DNA of 37,292 nucleotides, from the NCBI RefSeq assembly GCF_006345805.1, contig NW_021835935.1, positions 1 through 37,292 of the forward strand, given 5' to 3'. The DNA is from Octopus sinensis (taxonomy: Eukaryota). Shown here piece by piece: positions 19,713 to 31,849 of this stretch. The translations under genes and the position numbers were made by a program. The notes under the pieces were generated by a model that saw nothing but the letters and a program-made list of their open reading frames with translations, had not been told where the DNA came from and did no database searches. Every line of letters starts with the position of its first letter. Within the stretch, counting starts at the first letter, position 1.

Positions 19713-20291
19713 ATATATATGTATATATATGAGAGAGAGAGAGGATATGCCATTAAGGAAAAGTGGCATCAAAATGCATGTCATATTAAACAAAGAGAGA
19801 GACAAGATACAAAAGTGAAGCTTACAAATAGTAAAGAATTTCTGAAGAAGACAAAGTTCAATGTACACAAATGAAAGAAAATATTAGGGAGAAACATTAT
19901 AGATACATTATATTAATTACATAGAACAAAGCTAAACTATGTGTGGCTGTCACTCCCAGTTGAGAATAAGTTGGTGGTATGTAAAATATTTTCACTAATT
20001 GTTTTTGGAGATAATGTTGTCACAAACAGACACTGACATCCTGTTGGTCCTTCCAGTTTTGATTTAGGGGAACATGTTAACTGTGACAACTTTAGGGAAA
20101 GAGGATTATAACTGGGCTGTTATTTAAAACTGAATTTTCTGGAATACAGGTTTGAATTTTGACCAAAATTTGCAGCCGAAGAAGGTAGGTTGGCTTACAC
20201 ATCAAGACAGCTTTGGAGAAATAAACATCTCATGTGAAATGCAGAAGGATTTTGGAAAGATAGCAAGGATGTTTGAACGTTTACACTGTAT

Positions 20292-20690
20292 AGGCGCAGG
20301 AGTGGCTGTGTGGTAAGTAGCTTGCTAACCAACCACACGGTTGCGGGTTCAGTCCCACTGCGTGGCATCTTGAGCAAGTGTCTTCTGCTATAGCCCCGGG
20401 CCGACCAATGCCTTGTGAGTGGATTTGGTAGACGGAAACTGAAAGAAGCCTGTCGTATATATGTATATATATATATATGTATGCGTGTGTTTGTGTTCAA
20501 ACGTTTGTGTGTCTGTGTTTGTCCCCCTAGCATTGCTTGACAACCGATGCTGGTGTATTTAGGTCCCCCGTCACTTAGCGGTTCGGCAAAAAGAGACCGA
20601 TAGAATAAGTACTAAAAGGTGGTGCTCCAGCATGGCCGCAGTCAAATGACTGAAACAAGTAAAAGAGTAAAAGAGAGAGAGTAAAGAGTA
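20292..20690 (+). mobile_element. Family A SINE, essentially full length
   Basis: AGGCGCAGGAGTGGCTGTGTGGTAAG..GGGTTCAGTCCC..CTTGAGCAAG..(TA/TG)n..actgaaacaagtaaaagag. Confidence 0.9.
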
Positions 20691-20799
20691 TACCATGTTC
20701 ACTTGTATGCTGGAAAATGTGGTGTACTGAACTCAAAAGAGTGAAAAGCAAAATAAGCCTTTGTAAAGCCAGGATCCAAAGAGCTGGAACAGATCTTGA

Positions 20800-21005
20800 T
20801 TTCAAATTTCAGCACAACACCAGCAATTTCAGAGGCAGAAATTAGTTGATTATATCAACTCTAGTGTTCAACTGGTACTTACTTTATTGACCCCGAAAGG
20901 AGGAAAGGCAAAATTGACCTCAGCAAAATTTGAACTCAGAACATATGGACAGACAAAATACTGCTAAGCACCTTGTCTGGCATGATTCTGCTATCTTGCC
21001 ACCTT
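20800..21005 (-). mobile_element. Family B SINE
   Basis: actggtactt..ttattgaccccgaaagga..aaaggcaaa.ttgacctc is the reverse complement of the family B core. Confidence 0.7.
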
Positions 21006-21021
21006 ACAGCTGGAATAAATA

Positions 21022-21298
21022 TTGGTCGTTGCCAGTGCCACTGGACTGGCTCCGGTGCAGGTGGCACGTAAAAAACACCCTTTGAGCGTGGCCATTGCCA
21101 GTACCACCTTACTGGCACGTAAAAGCACCCACTACACTCTCAGAGTGGTTGGCGTTAGGAAGGGCATCCAGCTGTAGAAACACTGCCAGATCCGACTGGA
21201 CCTGGTGCAGCCATCTGGTTCGCCAGTCCTCAGTTAAATCGTCCAACCCATGCTAGCATGGAAAGCAGACATTAAACGATGATGATGATGATGATGAT
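21022..21298 (+). mobile_element. RTE 3'-UTR copy (short truncation or SINE tail)
   Basis: Matches 19420-19712: ggcacgtaaaaagcacccactacact..ggcgttaggaagggcatccag..acccatgctagcatggaaagc..(GAT)n. Confidence 0.8.
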
Positions 21299-21299
21299 T

Positions 21300-21480
21300 T
21301 CAAATTTTGGTACAAGGCCAGCAGCTTTGTGGAGGGGCTAAGTCAATTAAATCAACCCCAGTGTTCAACTGGTACTTATTTTATTGACCCTGAAAGGATG
21401 AAAGCAAAGTCGACCTTCACAGAATTTGAGCTCAGAATGCATTTTGTCCGATGTGCTAACAATTCTGTCAGCTCACCACT
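21300..21480 (-). mobile_element. Family B SINE
   Basis: ccccagtgttcaactggtacttattttattgaccctgaaaggatgaaagcaaagtcgacc..ttctgtcagctcacc. Confidence 0.7.
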
Positions 21481-21632
21481 TTACACCGGGAACAAATATT
21501 GCTGTACGTTCTATCCTACACTTTGGCTACTCTGTCAACTGACCATCTTCAAACAGAGCTAAATGATAAAAAAAGGAAATGGCAGGAGGTATAAATGCTC
21601 TGGTGATTCCTGTTGTTAAGTTGTAGTTATAA

Positions 21633-22006
21633 CTAGCAGTATCGCCCGGCATTGCTCGGGTTTGTAAGGGAAATAACTATAAAGCATTTTTAGAGAGTTA
21701 TAGCCAAAAAAATGGAAAAAAAATTATGGTAAATTTTTTTTGAGAGTTAAAACGGTCGAGTTGCGTCCCCTAGACAGTCTGTGGTTTGTGTTTCTGATTC
21801 TCGACCCCATGTCGAATTTATCGATTTTTTTCAGAACTGGGGGAACTTTTCAAAATTTTCTCTGCGTTAGTTTTGAAATATGACATTGGGCTATGTGTGT
21901 GTTAAGTTTCATCAGAATCGGTTGAAAGCCATGGTCAGGGTGAGGGTACAAGCTAACAGACACACAGAAACACACACAGACAAACTGCCGTTTATATAGA
22001 GAGAGA
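21633..22006 (-). mobile_element. Non-autonomous Helitron
   Basis: Minus strand A|TCTCTCTATATAAA ... CCCGAGCAATGCCGGG (hairpin) CGATACTG CTAG|T; no TSD. Confidence 0.8.
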
Positions 22007-22019
22007 TACTCACCATTGG

Positions 22020-23040
22020 AAGTTAAATGAATTTGTAAGACTAGACAGGAAAGCAAGGAAAATAATGATAGCATTAATGACAAATATAGCAAGAGGAAAA
22101 CTTCTATGATATTTCTACTGCAGGACTGTAAAAATATTTAGTAAAACATAAAAAGGAAACTAAAACAATTAGTTACAAAACATGAGCGAAAGAAATAAAT
22201 AAATTTTTAAAAACCTGTTTTCTGTCTCGAGGGAAACTGACAAATATAAATCAGAGGTTCAGGTAAAAACAGCAGCTGTGAGGAAGATGGAGAAATAACA
22301 ACAGAAATGATTGAAAAATGCTAAAAACTGACTAGGAAATAAAACTGTAAAATATTATTGCAACCAAAAAAAAAAAAAAAAAACGAAAAAAAAAATAGAA
22401 AGAATAAAGAAAGGAAGTTTTTACATGACAAATACCTGACAACTTGGAAAAGAAATGGATAAAGAAAATCCTAACATGGCACAGTAATCAAAATTGAGAC
22501 AGAAAGATTCTGATTGCAGTATAAGACTTCCCATCAGACAGAACTAAAAATATATAATAGAATGCTGTGTAAAAATATGAACAGCAAAAACATGTAGTGT
22601 CTATGAAAAAAATAATCAATTGTATAGTTCCCGGATGTTTATGTGTTCTTTGCTAAAAACAGAATATATAAAGAGAAATAACAGAGGAAAGGGTTTTTAA
22701 TAAACTAGAAATAAACTAGAAACTATATCAGCATTATGGAATACTGAAATGAAAGTGCTGCTATAAACAAAGATTCAATAGAAAATATCTCAGTAAATAA
22801 CAAAGTGACCATACACTGAGGATAGATATGTTGGTTTAGAAAGATAAAAAGATTAATGAAAATTATTCAGATATTAGTGTCAAAGTCTTGATGTATCAAT
22901 GCCAATAAACAGCGTTTCTAAAAGAAATGAGAGATGTGGAATGTATCTTGATATAAATATCTGGAACTAGAAATAACCAGAGTGTCAGGGAACAAAAAAC
23001 TAATGCAATCCCTGGGGTGTCTTGCAAACAATAAAAAGAT
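22020..23040 (+). pseudogene. Heavily decayed R4/Dong-like LINE 3' fragment (copy D)
   Basis: aggactgtaaaaatattt..acaaaacatgagc aligns by eye with copy A (minus 4050-3990); relic CCHC region tgtagtgtc..tgctaaaaacagaatatataaagag. Confidence 0.55.
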
Positions 23041-23069
23041 ATGCAGAGAAATGCATCTCTAAAACATCA

Positions 23070-23827
23070 GGAATTAGACATATTCGTTGCTGTAGCAGAA
23101 GCATTGTGAACTGCTATGAAGGCAAAGGAGATGCCTAAGAGAAAGGAAATTATAGATGAGTTCGATATCAGATTATGAAGGTCATGAAGAGTCATAGCAC
23201 AATTTATTCATGACAGAGTAGACCTAGATGAGATGTGGTTTGGCTTTGTGCCTGGCAGTGGTATCTCAGATGCAATCTTCCTGGTCAGGCAACTGTAGGA
23301 GAAACATTTGGCTTAACATTAAACCACTATTCCTGACATTTGTTGACCTGGAGAAGGGCTTTGACAGGGTACCCAAGTAACTTAGTGGTTACTAAGGAAA
23401 CTGGGTGTAGATGAGAATGGTTTGTGAAAGCTGTACAGGTGAGATATAAAGACGCAGACAGTAAAGTGAGAGTCAACAATGATTTTAGTGACATATTTAG
23501 TGTGAAGATAGGAGTTGGATCAAACTTTAGTCCTCAACCCTCTCCTATTTATTGTAGTCTGACGAGTCATCAGAGAGTAATTTAAGACTGGCTTTCCGTG
23601 GGAACTCCTGTATTCTTTTACTTTTTTCTTTTTATCTGTTTCAGTCATTTGACTGTGGCCATGCCGGCGCAACACCTTAAAAGGGTTTTAGTCAAATGGA
23701 TCATGATTTTTTTTTTTGTAAGTCCAGTACTTATTCTATTGGCCTCTTTTGTCAAACCGCTAAGTTACAAGGACATAAACACATCAGCATTGGTTGTCAA
23801 GCAAAGGTGGGGGGACAAACACATAAA

Positions 23828-23919
<92 letters not shown>

Positions 23920-24270
23920 TGGCTTCTTTCGGTTTCCATCTACCAAATCCACTCACAAGGCTTTGGTCGGCCCAAGACTATAGTAGAAGACACTTGCCCA
24001 AAGTGCTGCACAGTAGGACTGAACCCTGAACCATGTGGTTGGGAAGCAAACTTCTTACCACAAAGCCACGCCTAAATGTTTATGATCTAGTTGTCACAGC
24101 TGAATCCACAGTGAAGTTAGAGAGAAAATTCCTGGCATTGAAACTAAATCTAGAATTAAAAGGTCTCACGGTAAACTTAGCAAAGACAAAGGCTTTAGTA
24201 TGCAGGAAATTAGACAAGACCCTGGTCTATTCAAGAAGATGGTTTTGCTCAATATGCAGAAGAAAAGGGG
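23070..24270 (+). pseudogene. RTE reverse-transcriptase fragment split by a SINE
   Basis: IVNCYEGKGDA..EMWFGFVPG..DAIFLVRQL..TFVDLEKGFDRVP..SKVRVNND..FPWELLY [SINE] DLVVTAESTVKLERKF..KGLTVNLAKTK..WFCSICRRKG. Confidence 0.85.
23612..24072 (-). mobile_element. Family A SINE nested in RTE RT
   Basis: tttcagtcatttgactgtggccatg..(CA)n(TA)n..accaaatccactcacaagg..cttcttaccacaaagccacgcct. Confidence 0.85.
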
Positions 24271-24284
24271 TTATGTTTTGGCTT

Positions 24285-24535
24285 GGTTTCTACAGCTGGA
24301 TGCCCTTCCTAATACCAACCACTCTACTAAGTGTACTAGGTACATTCCATATATCACCGGCACAGATGCCTTTTATATGTCACCGGCATGGGTGCCTTTT
24401 ACATGTCACCAGCACAGGTGCCTCACACAGGTGCCTCACACAGGTGCCTCACACAGGTGCCTCACACAAGTGCCTTTTATGTGTCACCAACATGGATGGC
24501 TTTTACATGTCACTGACACTGGCCACGACCACAAT
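24285..24535 (-). mobile_element. RTE 3'-UTR-like repeat with short tandem units
   Basis: tttctacagctggatgcccttcctaatacc; (caggtgcctcaca)n units. Confidence 0.6.
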
Positions 24536-25004
24536 TTCACTTCCCCACCTCTGATCTACCATTCACTGATCCCACCTTTCAAACCCATCAAATTTCTACA
24601 GTTGTCACCTACTCTTCCCTACTTTCCCTACTTAACATACATCAACATTTATTCTTCATTATATTCACTGCCATGCCCATTTCCCATCTCTATCCAACTC
24701 TCACTCTCCCATATCCTTGCAACCTCTACCCACCCACACTCCCTGTTCTCTTGTCCCCACTCACTCTTTTCACTCCATATCTACAGGATCTACCCTGATA
24801 CTTCATCACCACAATTTCGACCTCTTTCCAGTTCCACCCTGGTCATTCCAACCCTCTCTCTTATAATATGAGGAACCATGTAGATCCTATACAGTAAAAG
24901 CCCCATTCTTTTCTCACTCCTTCTATCATACTTTAACTACTCATCTCCAAGCAGAAAGCTGCCTCCCTTTCTAAACTCAAATGGGATCCTAATCTTGCAA
25001 ACTG

Positions 25005-25235
25005 CATGACAGCCTCACTAGTGCTGGTGTCATGAAAAAGGAGAAAAAACACTCAATACATGTTGTAAAGTGGTTGGTATTAGGAAGGACATTCATCTGT
25101 AGAAAACTAAGCCATGGCAAAGCAAATAAAGGAGTGTGGTGGAGTTTCTTGGACCCATCAGATCAAACCATCCAACCCATGCATGGAGCATGGACATTAA
25201 TTGATGATGATGATGATGATGATGATGACGACGAT
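25005..25235 (+). mobile_element. Diverged RTE 3'-UTR copy
   Basis: gtggttggtattaggaaggacattcatctgtagaaa..ccatccaacccatgcatggagcatggacatt..(GAT)n. Confidence 0.6.
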
Positions 25236-25323
25236 GGTGATGATAATGGTGGTGTTGATAATGATGTGTATGGGGATAGTGGTGGTGGTGGCAGCAGCAG
25301 TAGTGGTGTGGTGGTGGTGGTGG

Positions 25324-25354
<31 letters not shown>

Positions 25355-25482
25355 AGTGCTGCCGCTGCTGCTGCTGCTGCTGATGATGATGATCATGATC
25401 ATGATCATGATAATGATGATGACGACGACGATGATGATGATGACGATGATGATGATGATGAGGATAATGGTGATGAGGATAA

Positions 25483-25665
25483 CAGAAAATAGTACTACAA
25501 GGCACGGCGCACATGTTGTATAGAATTACTCTCAATACAATAAAATTAAAATTCTAATCGTCAAAAAAGGAAAATAGAAACAAAACAAAACAAAACAAAA
25601 AAAAAAAGAAAGAAGGAAAACAGCGCTACACATACTCAAGGCACACAAATCTGTGCTTGGTTATT
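25483..25665 (+). mobile_element. R4/Dong-like 3' terminus relic (copy E)
   Basis: QKIVLQGTAHMLYR..caatacaataa and catactcaaggcacaca match the terminus and UTR of copy A. Confidence 0.55.
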
Positions 25666-25667
25666 CC

Positions 25668-25702
<35 letters not shown>

Positions 25703-26214
25703 AAACAGCAGCAAAATAAACATATTTAATCTTTAATTATCCCCAATCATCATTATCGTTATCATCATCATAACTATCATCACCAATCATATGATTTCTT
25801 AAATTTCTATCTTTTCTTTAAAGTAAAAGAAGAAAAAAAAAAAAAAAAAAAAAAAAAAAAAGCAAAGCAAAACAAAACAGTAGAAACAAACAGTGAAAAA
25901 CAATCTTCTTTTCTTGCATAATTCTAAAATCAATACTTGGGGAAAATGTGATTTTGAAGAATTGAACAATTATTTCATCGTTATTGGAATAATTAATATT
26001 GATCTTTCCAAAATACCAGAGGTCATTTTCAGGGCTGATCATCTTATAAACTTATCTAATAACCATTTCTGCTGTGTTGGGTATTCAAAAATCAAAATTA
26101 ACAGTTTTTCTCCAATTTCAAATTGATAATTCTTCCAACAATTTCAAGTTTTTTCTTTTTTCCTAAGAAAATTGATAACATGAAACTTTTAAAGCATTTC
26201 ATTTCAATTATCAA

Positions 26215-27000
26215 ATAGGGTTTCATATATTAGTGGTAGGTGGTAGGGTGTAGGTGGTATTTGTGGTGGTGGTGGTGCTGATGGTGGTGGTTTTTGTGGG
26301 GATGGTGGTGTTGTGAAAGGGATGATGATGGTTGTGGTAGTGGTGGTGATGGTGGTGTTGTTGTAATGGTGGTATAGATTATGGTGGTGGTGGTGGTGAT
26401 GGTGGTATAGATTATGTGGTGGTGGGTGGCGGTGGTAGTTGTAATGGTGGTATCGGTGTGTATAGAATATGGTGGTGGTGGTTTTGTAATGGTGGTGTTG
26501 GTGTGGATTATGGTGGTAGTGGTGGCTGTAATGGTGGTGTTGGTGGTATAGATTATGGTGGTGGTGGTGGGGTGGTGGTGGTTGTAATGATGGTGATGGC
26601 ATGAAAGGTGGTAATGATGATAATGTTGTTGTTGGTAGTAGTGGTGCTATGAAAGGTTGTAATGGTGGTGGTAGTAGTGATGGTGATAGTGGTGGTGGTG
26701 GTAGTGGTGGTGGTGGTAGTGGTAATGATGGCAGTGGTGGTGGTGATGGGGGTGATGGTAGGGTGGTGGTGTGTAGTGGTAATGATGGTAGTGGTGATGG
26801 TGATGATATGAAAGGTGGTTGTCCTTGTTGTTGGTGGGGAAGGTTGTAGCAATGGTGGTAATGGTAGGAGGGGGTAATAAAGTGGGAGAAGTGATGAGGA
26901 TAGTAGTGGTAGTGGTGGTGGTGCTATGAAAGGTTGTAATGGTGGTGGCAGTGGTAGTGGTGGTGGTGGTGGTGGTAGTGGAGAATTGGTGATGGTTGTG

Positions 27001-27052
<52 letters not shown>

Positions 27053-27135
27053 CAGTAGTAGCAGCAGCAGTAGCAGTAGTGATGCTAGTGGCAGTAGAGG
27101 TGGTGGTGGTGCTGCTGCTGCTGATGGTGGTGTAA
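26215..27135. repeat. (GGT)n/(GTA)n compound repeat with higher-order units
   Basis: tgtaatggtggtatagattatggtgg and atgaaaggttgtaatggtgg recur; ORFs are low-complexity. Confidence 0.9.
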
Positions 27136-27554
27136 TGATAATGATGCTAATGGTGATGGTGGTAATGTTGCTGTATAACCCAAGGTCAATCCTATTTGAA
27201 CAATATCTGATTTACAGCATTCCAGCCATGACCATCCTGTCTGTTTTCTATATCAAGAATTACATCATCCAATGTAATGATGGTAAATGCTTTGACTGTT
27301 ATTTCTAGCAGGCTACAGAATGGTTCTTTCCTTTGCCCTTAATGTTATTGTTGTTGTTGTTGTTTAATCCTAGGTCAACCACTATTGAATAGATCTATGA
27401 TCAAATATAATCCAATTATGACCATCCCATCTGAGAGGAACCTGAACCACATTTTATAATGTGTCCTTTTCTAAGAAAATTAATGTGTAATCGGAAGAAA
27501 ATTTGGCTGGTCTAGTGACTGCCTTGAGGCTTAAGTCTTTGCCGGCTCATCATA

Positions 27555-27965
27555 TTGTTGTTGTTGTTGTTGTGTTTGGTGGTGGTGGCGTGGTGGTAGC
27601 AGTGGTAGCAGTGGTGATGGCAGTGATGGCGGCGATGGCAGCAGCAGCAACGGTGGTGGTGGTGGTGGTGGTGGTGGTGTGGTGGTGGTGGGGGGCAGTG
27701 GTCATGGTAGTGGTAGTGGGCAGTGGTGGTGGTGGTGGTGGTGGTTGTGGTGGTGGTGGTGGTGGCTGGTGTGGTGGTGGTGGTGATGGTAGTGTTGGTG
27801 GTGGTGGTTTTGGTGGTGGTGGTGGTGGTGGTGGTGGTGGCTGTGGTGGCAGCAGTGGCGGTGACGATGGCAGCAGCAGCAATGGTGGCAGTGGTAGTGG
27901 TGGTGGTGTGGTTGGTGGTGGTGGGTGGTGGTTGCGGCGGCGGTAGCGTCAGCATCAGTAGCAGC
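27555..27965. repeat. (GGT/GGC)n trinucleotide repeat
   Basis: Direct reading. Confidence 0.9.
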
Positions 27966-28084
27966 ATCAGTTGCAGTGGACAAAGCTAACGGCTGTCTGG
28001 TTGTGTGAATATATGGCCTGGATCTACTGGGGGAGGGGGGTGAACTGGCTGTGGGTAGACTGAGTCATCATTGTCGTTGTTGTC

Positions 28085-28385
28085 GTCATCATCATCACCA
28101 TCATCATCACCATCATCATCACCATCATCATCACCATCATCATTTAACGTCCGTTTTCCATGCTGGCATGGGTTGGACGGTTTGACAAAAGCTAGCAAGC
28201 CAGAGGACTGTATCAAGCTCTGTTGTCTGCTTTCGCTTGGTTTCTATGGCTGGATGCCCTTCCTAATGCCAACCACTTCACAGAATGTACTGTGGCACTG
28301 GAATTAGTGCCATTTTATGTGACACCAGCACTGGTGCTTTTCATGTGGCACTGGAACCAGTACTGATGCTTTTCATGTGACACCA
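28085..28385 (-). mobile_element. RTE 3'-UTR copy
   Basis: (CAT)n tttaacgtccgttttccatgctggcatgggttggacg..ggctggatgcccttcctaatgccaacc. Confidence 0.75.
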
Positions 28386-28439
28386 GTACCCCCTTCGTCC
28401 CCAGGTAACTTGCAAAACAAAGACCTCTCAGCTTGAAGG

Positions 28440-28850
28440 GGAAGTACTGAACGGTCGGGTAAATTAGGCCGGTGCATAGACGGGCTGGGTGGATAGATTG
28501 GATGGAAAGTTGGGTAGATTAGGTCTGTGGGCAGACTGGGTAGTGGATTGATAGGACAGTTACCACTGGGTGAGTGAGTAGATTACCTTGTTGTGTAGAT
28601 ACATAGCTGGATAAGGGGGCAGGTTGGGTAGTTGGACTGATTAACTGGACAGATAGACAGGGTCAGCAGGTAAGTTGGGTTGTTATTATTATGTGTATGG
28701 GTAGATTGGGTGGTGACGGTAGGTTGGGTAGTTGGGCTGATTAGCTGGACAGGTAGATAGGGTCTGAGGGTAGATTGGGCAGTTATTATTATGAGTATTG
28801 GTAGATCGAATGGATGGGTAGGTTGGGTGGTTAGATTGATGTGGGTGGTG
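28440..28850. repeat. Degenerate G-rich minisatellite, ~100-bp period
   Basis: aggttgggtagttgg.ctgatta.ctggacag.taga.agggtc at ~28621 and ~28720, partial third unit at ~28820. Confidence 0.7.
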
Positions 28851-29229
28851 TGATTTGAAGCCACTTCAGTTTTGCCAAAAAGTGAAAACTCAAGCAACAA
28901 GTTTGTGAAAAGGCCAAAGAAAAGGATGAGACCCTAAACTTTTCTAAATACCATTGATAAATAAAAATGAATGCAAAAGTTAGTTCCCTGAGAAATGGTG
29001 AGCAAGACCAAAAAAAAAAAAAAACCCGAAAAAGCAAAAACAAATAATAACAAAAAGTAATAGAATGTATGACATTAAAAAAAAAAAACAACTAAATCTA
29101 GCAACAAAAAAAAATCAAAAACAAAATACAAGCATAACAAATAAAAGTAAAGTGATGTGAAATATCAATTAGTTTTAAAATGTAATTCGATGCAATTAAC
29201 AAACAGGCACTCTAACTCCCCCCCACCCA

Positions 29230-29250
29230 CTGCTCCTGCTCCTGCTCCAC

Positions 29251-29297
<47 letters not shown>

Positions 29298-29820
29298 GCT
29301 ACTCTCAATGATTTAAATGTTCTTTACTTGTTATTATCGGTTTCTTTTCGAGACAGCTCTTAATTAAGAGTCGGTGAGGTCATGGTAGTGGTAGTGGTGG
29401 TGGTGGTGGTGGTGGTGGTGGTGGTGGTAGTGGTGGTGGTGGTGGTGGTGGTGGTGACAGCAGTGTTTGCAGCGGTAGCAGTGGCGGCAAAGGCAGCAGC
29501 AGCAGCAGTGGCAGCAGTAGAGGTGGCAGTGGTGGTGACGGTGATGGTGGTGGTGGTGGTGGTGGTGGTGGCTGTCATCATCATCATGGCCATGGTCACA
29601 ACAGCTGTGCTGTTAGTGATGTTGATGTTGATGCTGATGTTGGTGGTTGTTGGTAGTGGTGGTGGTGGTGGTGGTGGTGGTGATAATATTTATGAAGATG
29701 ATGATGATGATGATAATGACGATGATGATGATGACAACAATGATGATGATGACGATGATGATGATTATGACAATGATGACAACAATGATGATGATGATGC
29801 TGATGACCATCAACGAGGGC
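29230..29820. repeat. (CTA)n, (GGT)n, (GCA)n, (GAT)n compound repeats
   Basis: Direct reading. Confidence 0.9.
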
Positions 29821-29959
29821 GAAAGTGCACGAAAGAATGTATTTGGTAACCTTTGCCTAAGTGCACACAACTGCACTGCTGCCATAAATAATGTGCACAT
29901 CAAAGTATTGCACAGGTAATTTCATTAAGCATATTTTTTTTCTACGTGTCTTTCGAATA

Positions 29960-30275
29960 TAAATGTATGTATGCATGAATACATTTACATATAAATATAT
30001 GTGTGTGTGTGTGTGTGTGTGTGCATGTGTGTGCGTGTGTGTGCATGTGTATATCTATATATACATACATATATAGATAGATAGATAGATAGATATATAG
30101 ATATATAGAAATTAGATAGATAGACAGATAGATAGATAGATAGATAATTAGATAGATAGACAGATAGATAGATAGATAGATAGATATACATATATATATA
30201 TACATACATATATATATATATACATATATATATATCTATATATACATACATATATAGATAGACAGACAGACAGAC

Positions 30276-30332
<57 letters not shown>

Positions 30333-30352
30333 TACATATATATACCATACAT

Positions 30353-30383
<31 letters not shown>

Positions 30384-30520
30384 TATATATACATATATAT
30401 ATATATATTATATATATCTATATATATATTATATATATCAAAGAAAAAAGAATAGTATATATAATGTGTGGTGTGTGTGTTGTGAGAGAGAGAGAGAGAG
30501 AGAGTGTGTTGTGTTGTGTG
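29960..30520. repeat. (TG)n/(GATA)n/(TA)n microsatellite block
   Basis: Direct reading. Confidence 0.9.
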
Positions 30521-30789
30521 TGTTTCAAAACTTAAACAGAAGCCAGACAAAGGCATGAATGGAAAATTCACAGGCCGGACAAAGGCATGCTCTTTCCCCA
30601 TCAGTTATTGTTCGAAAACTCATAACAATTTCATGCCTTTAACAAATAATACTGTTCAGTTTTAGTGGCATCAACAGCAAAAAGCTGTTGGGAATGGAGC
30701 ATGAACAGTGAGGACAGTAAGGGAAACAAAGACGACACATAAATGTGAATGTTAAAACAAAATAAAGGCCACTTGGCTTGAGACTTATA

Positions 30790-30975
30790 TAAAAGGTAGG
30801 TGCTGGCAAGGTTTATTGTATGATTAAGGAGTTCTTCCCAACTATCTGGTCTCAAGTTCAGTCCCCCTGTGCGGCACCTTGGGCAAGAGTATTCTGTAAT
30901 AACCCTGAACAAACAGAAGCCTTGTGAGTGTATTTGGTCGACAAGGGATACGTGTGTATGTGTTTGTGTTTGTGT
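30790..30975 (+). mobile_element. Family A SINE 5' part (diverged)
   Basis: gttcagtcccc..ggcaccttgggcaag..gccttgtgagtgtatttggtcgac. Confidence 0.55.
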
Positions 30976-31004
30976 ATCCTCTTGTTCATTTCCCTATATG
31001 GCCA

Positions 31005-31230
31005 AGGCGGTGAGCTGGCAGAAATGTTAGCACGCCGGGCGAAATGCGTAGCCGTATTTCGTCTGTTGTTACGTTCCGAGTTCAAATTCCGCCGAGGTCG
31101 ACTTTGCCTTTCATCCTTTCGGGGTCGATAAATTAAGTACCAGTTACGCACTGGGGTCGACATAATCGACTTAATCCATTTGTCTGTCCTTGTTTGTCCC
31201 CTCTGTGTTTAGCCCCTTGTGGGTAGTAAA
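31005..31230 (+). mobile_element. Family B SINE, near full length
   Basis: GGCGGTGAGCTGGCAGAAATGTTAG..GAGTTCAAATTCC..GCCTTTCATCCTTTCGGGGTCGATAAATTAAGTACCAG. Confidence 0.85.
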
Positions 31231-31499
31231 GAAATATATATATGGCCATGGGAAACAGAAATATTACCTTACTTGGAAACAGGTGAAGGTTGGCGATAGG
31301 AAAGCATCCTTCCTGCAGAAAATCTGCCTCAAAAAAATGCCATCTGACCCATGCAAGTGTGGAGAAGCAGACATTAAAATGTAACAACAAAAATTATGAT
31401 AGAAGAAAAAAAAAACATAAACAACAGTAGCCTTGACAACTTAAATGACAACAATATTTCCATTGTGAATAATAACAACAACAACAATACATTCACAGT

Positions 31500-31790
31500 A
31501 ACTGCTGCAAAAGGAACAGAGCTATACATGATGGATATCCTGCTGAAGGTTATATGTCAGGCCCAAGTGGCCAAACTGATAAGACCGGAAAAAGCATGGG
31601 ATGGATATTGGCATTTCTCACTGAAGTGTTTGGCAGAAACACAGAAAGAAACTGTAATTTATGAATGTGGTTCTATAAGCACAAAGTGGTTGGAGATGGA
31701 TAGTCAGACAAATGTGGCAGATGCACTAAAAGAGTTAATGCCTGACATTCAGCATGTCTTGAGAGCAAAACTATTTGTGGGCATTTCAAA
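31500..31790 (+). pseudogene. Possible RTE-like ORF C-terminal remnant
   Basis: AKLIRPEKAWDGYWHFSLK..QKETVIYE..QTNVADALKEL loosely resembles the W-x-GH-x-LR...W C-terminal region of RTE ORFs. Confidence 0.35.
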
Positions 31791-31849
31791 GCTATTTGTG
31801 GGCGTTTCATAGCTCTTAAAGACTGAAGGTCTGGCTGCCAAACACTCCA

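Noticed and set aside
25818-26200. AT-rich ORFs (MISPENDLWYF..., MKNNLLFLHNS...)
   Set aside because: No recognisable motif; possibly very old TE debris.
27140-27440. Two decayed copies of a possible LINE 3' tail (cc.aggtcaa..atgaccatcc); similar start at ~36965
   Set aside because: Similarity is suggestive but too weak to assign a family.
28860-28990. Possible mariner/Tc1 fragment (QQVCEKAKEKDETLNFSK)
   Set aside because: Too short and degenerate to support.
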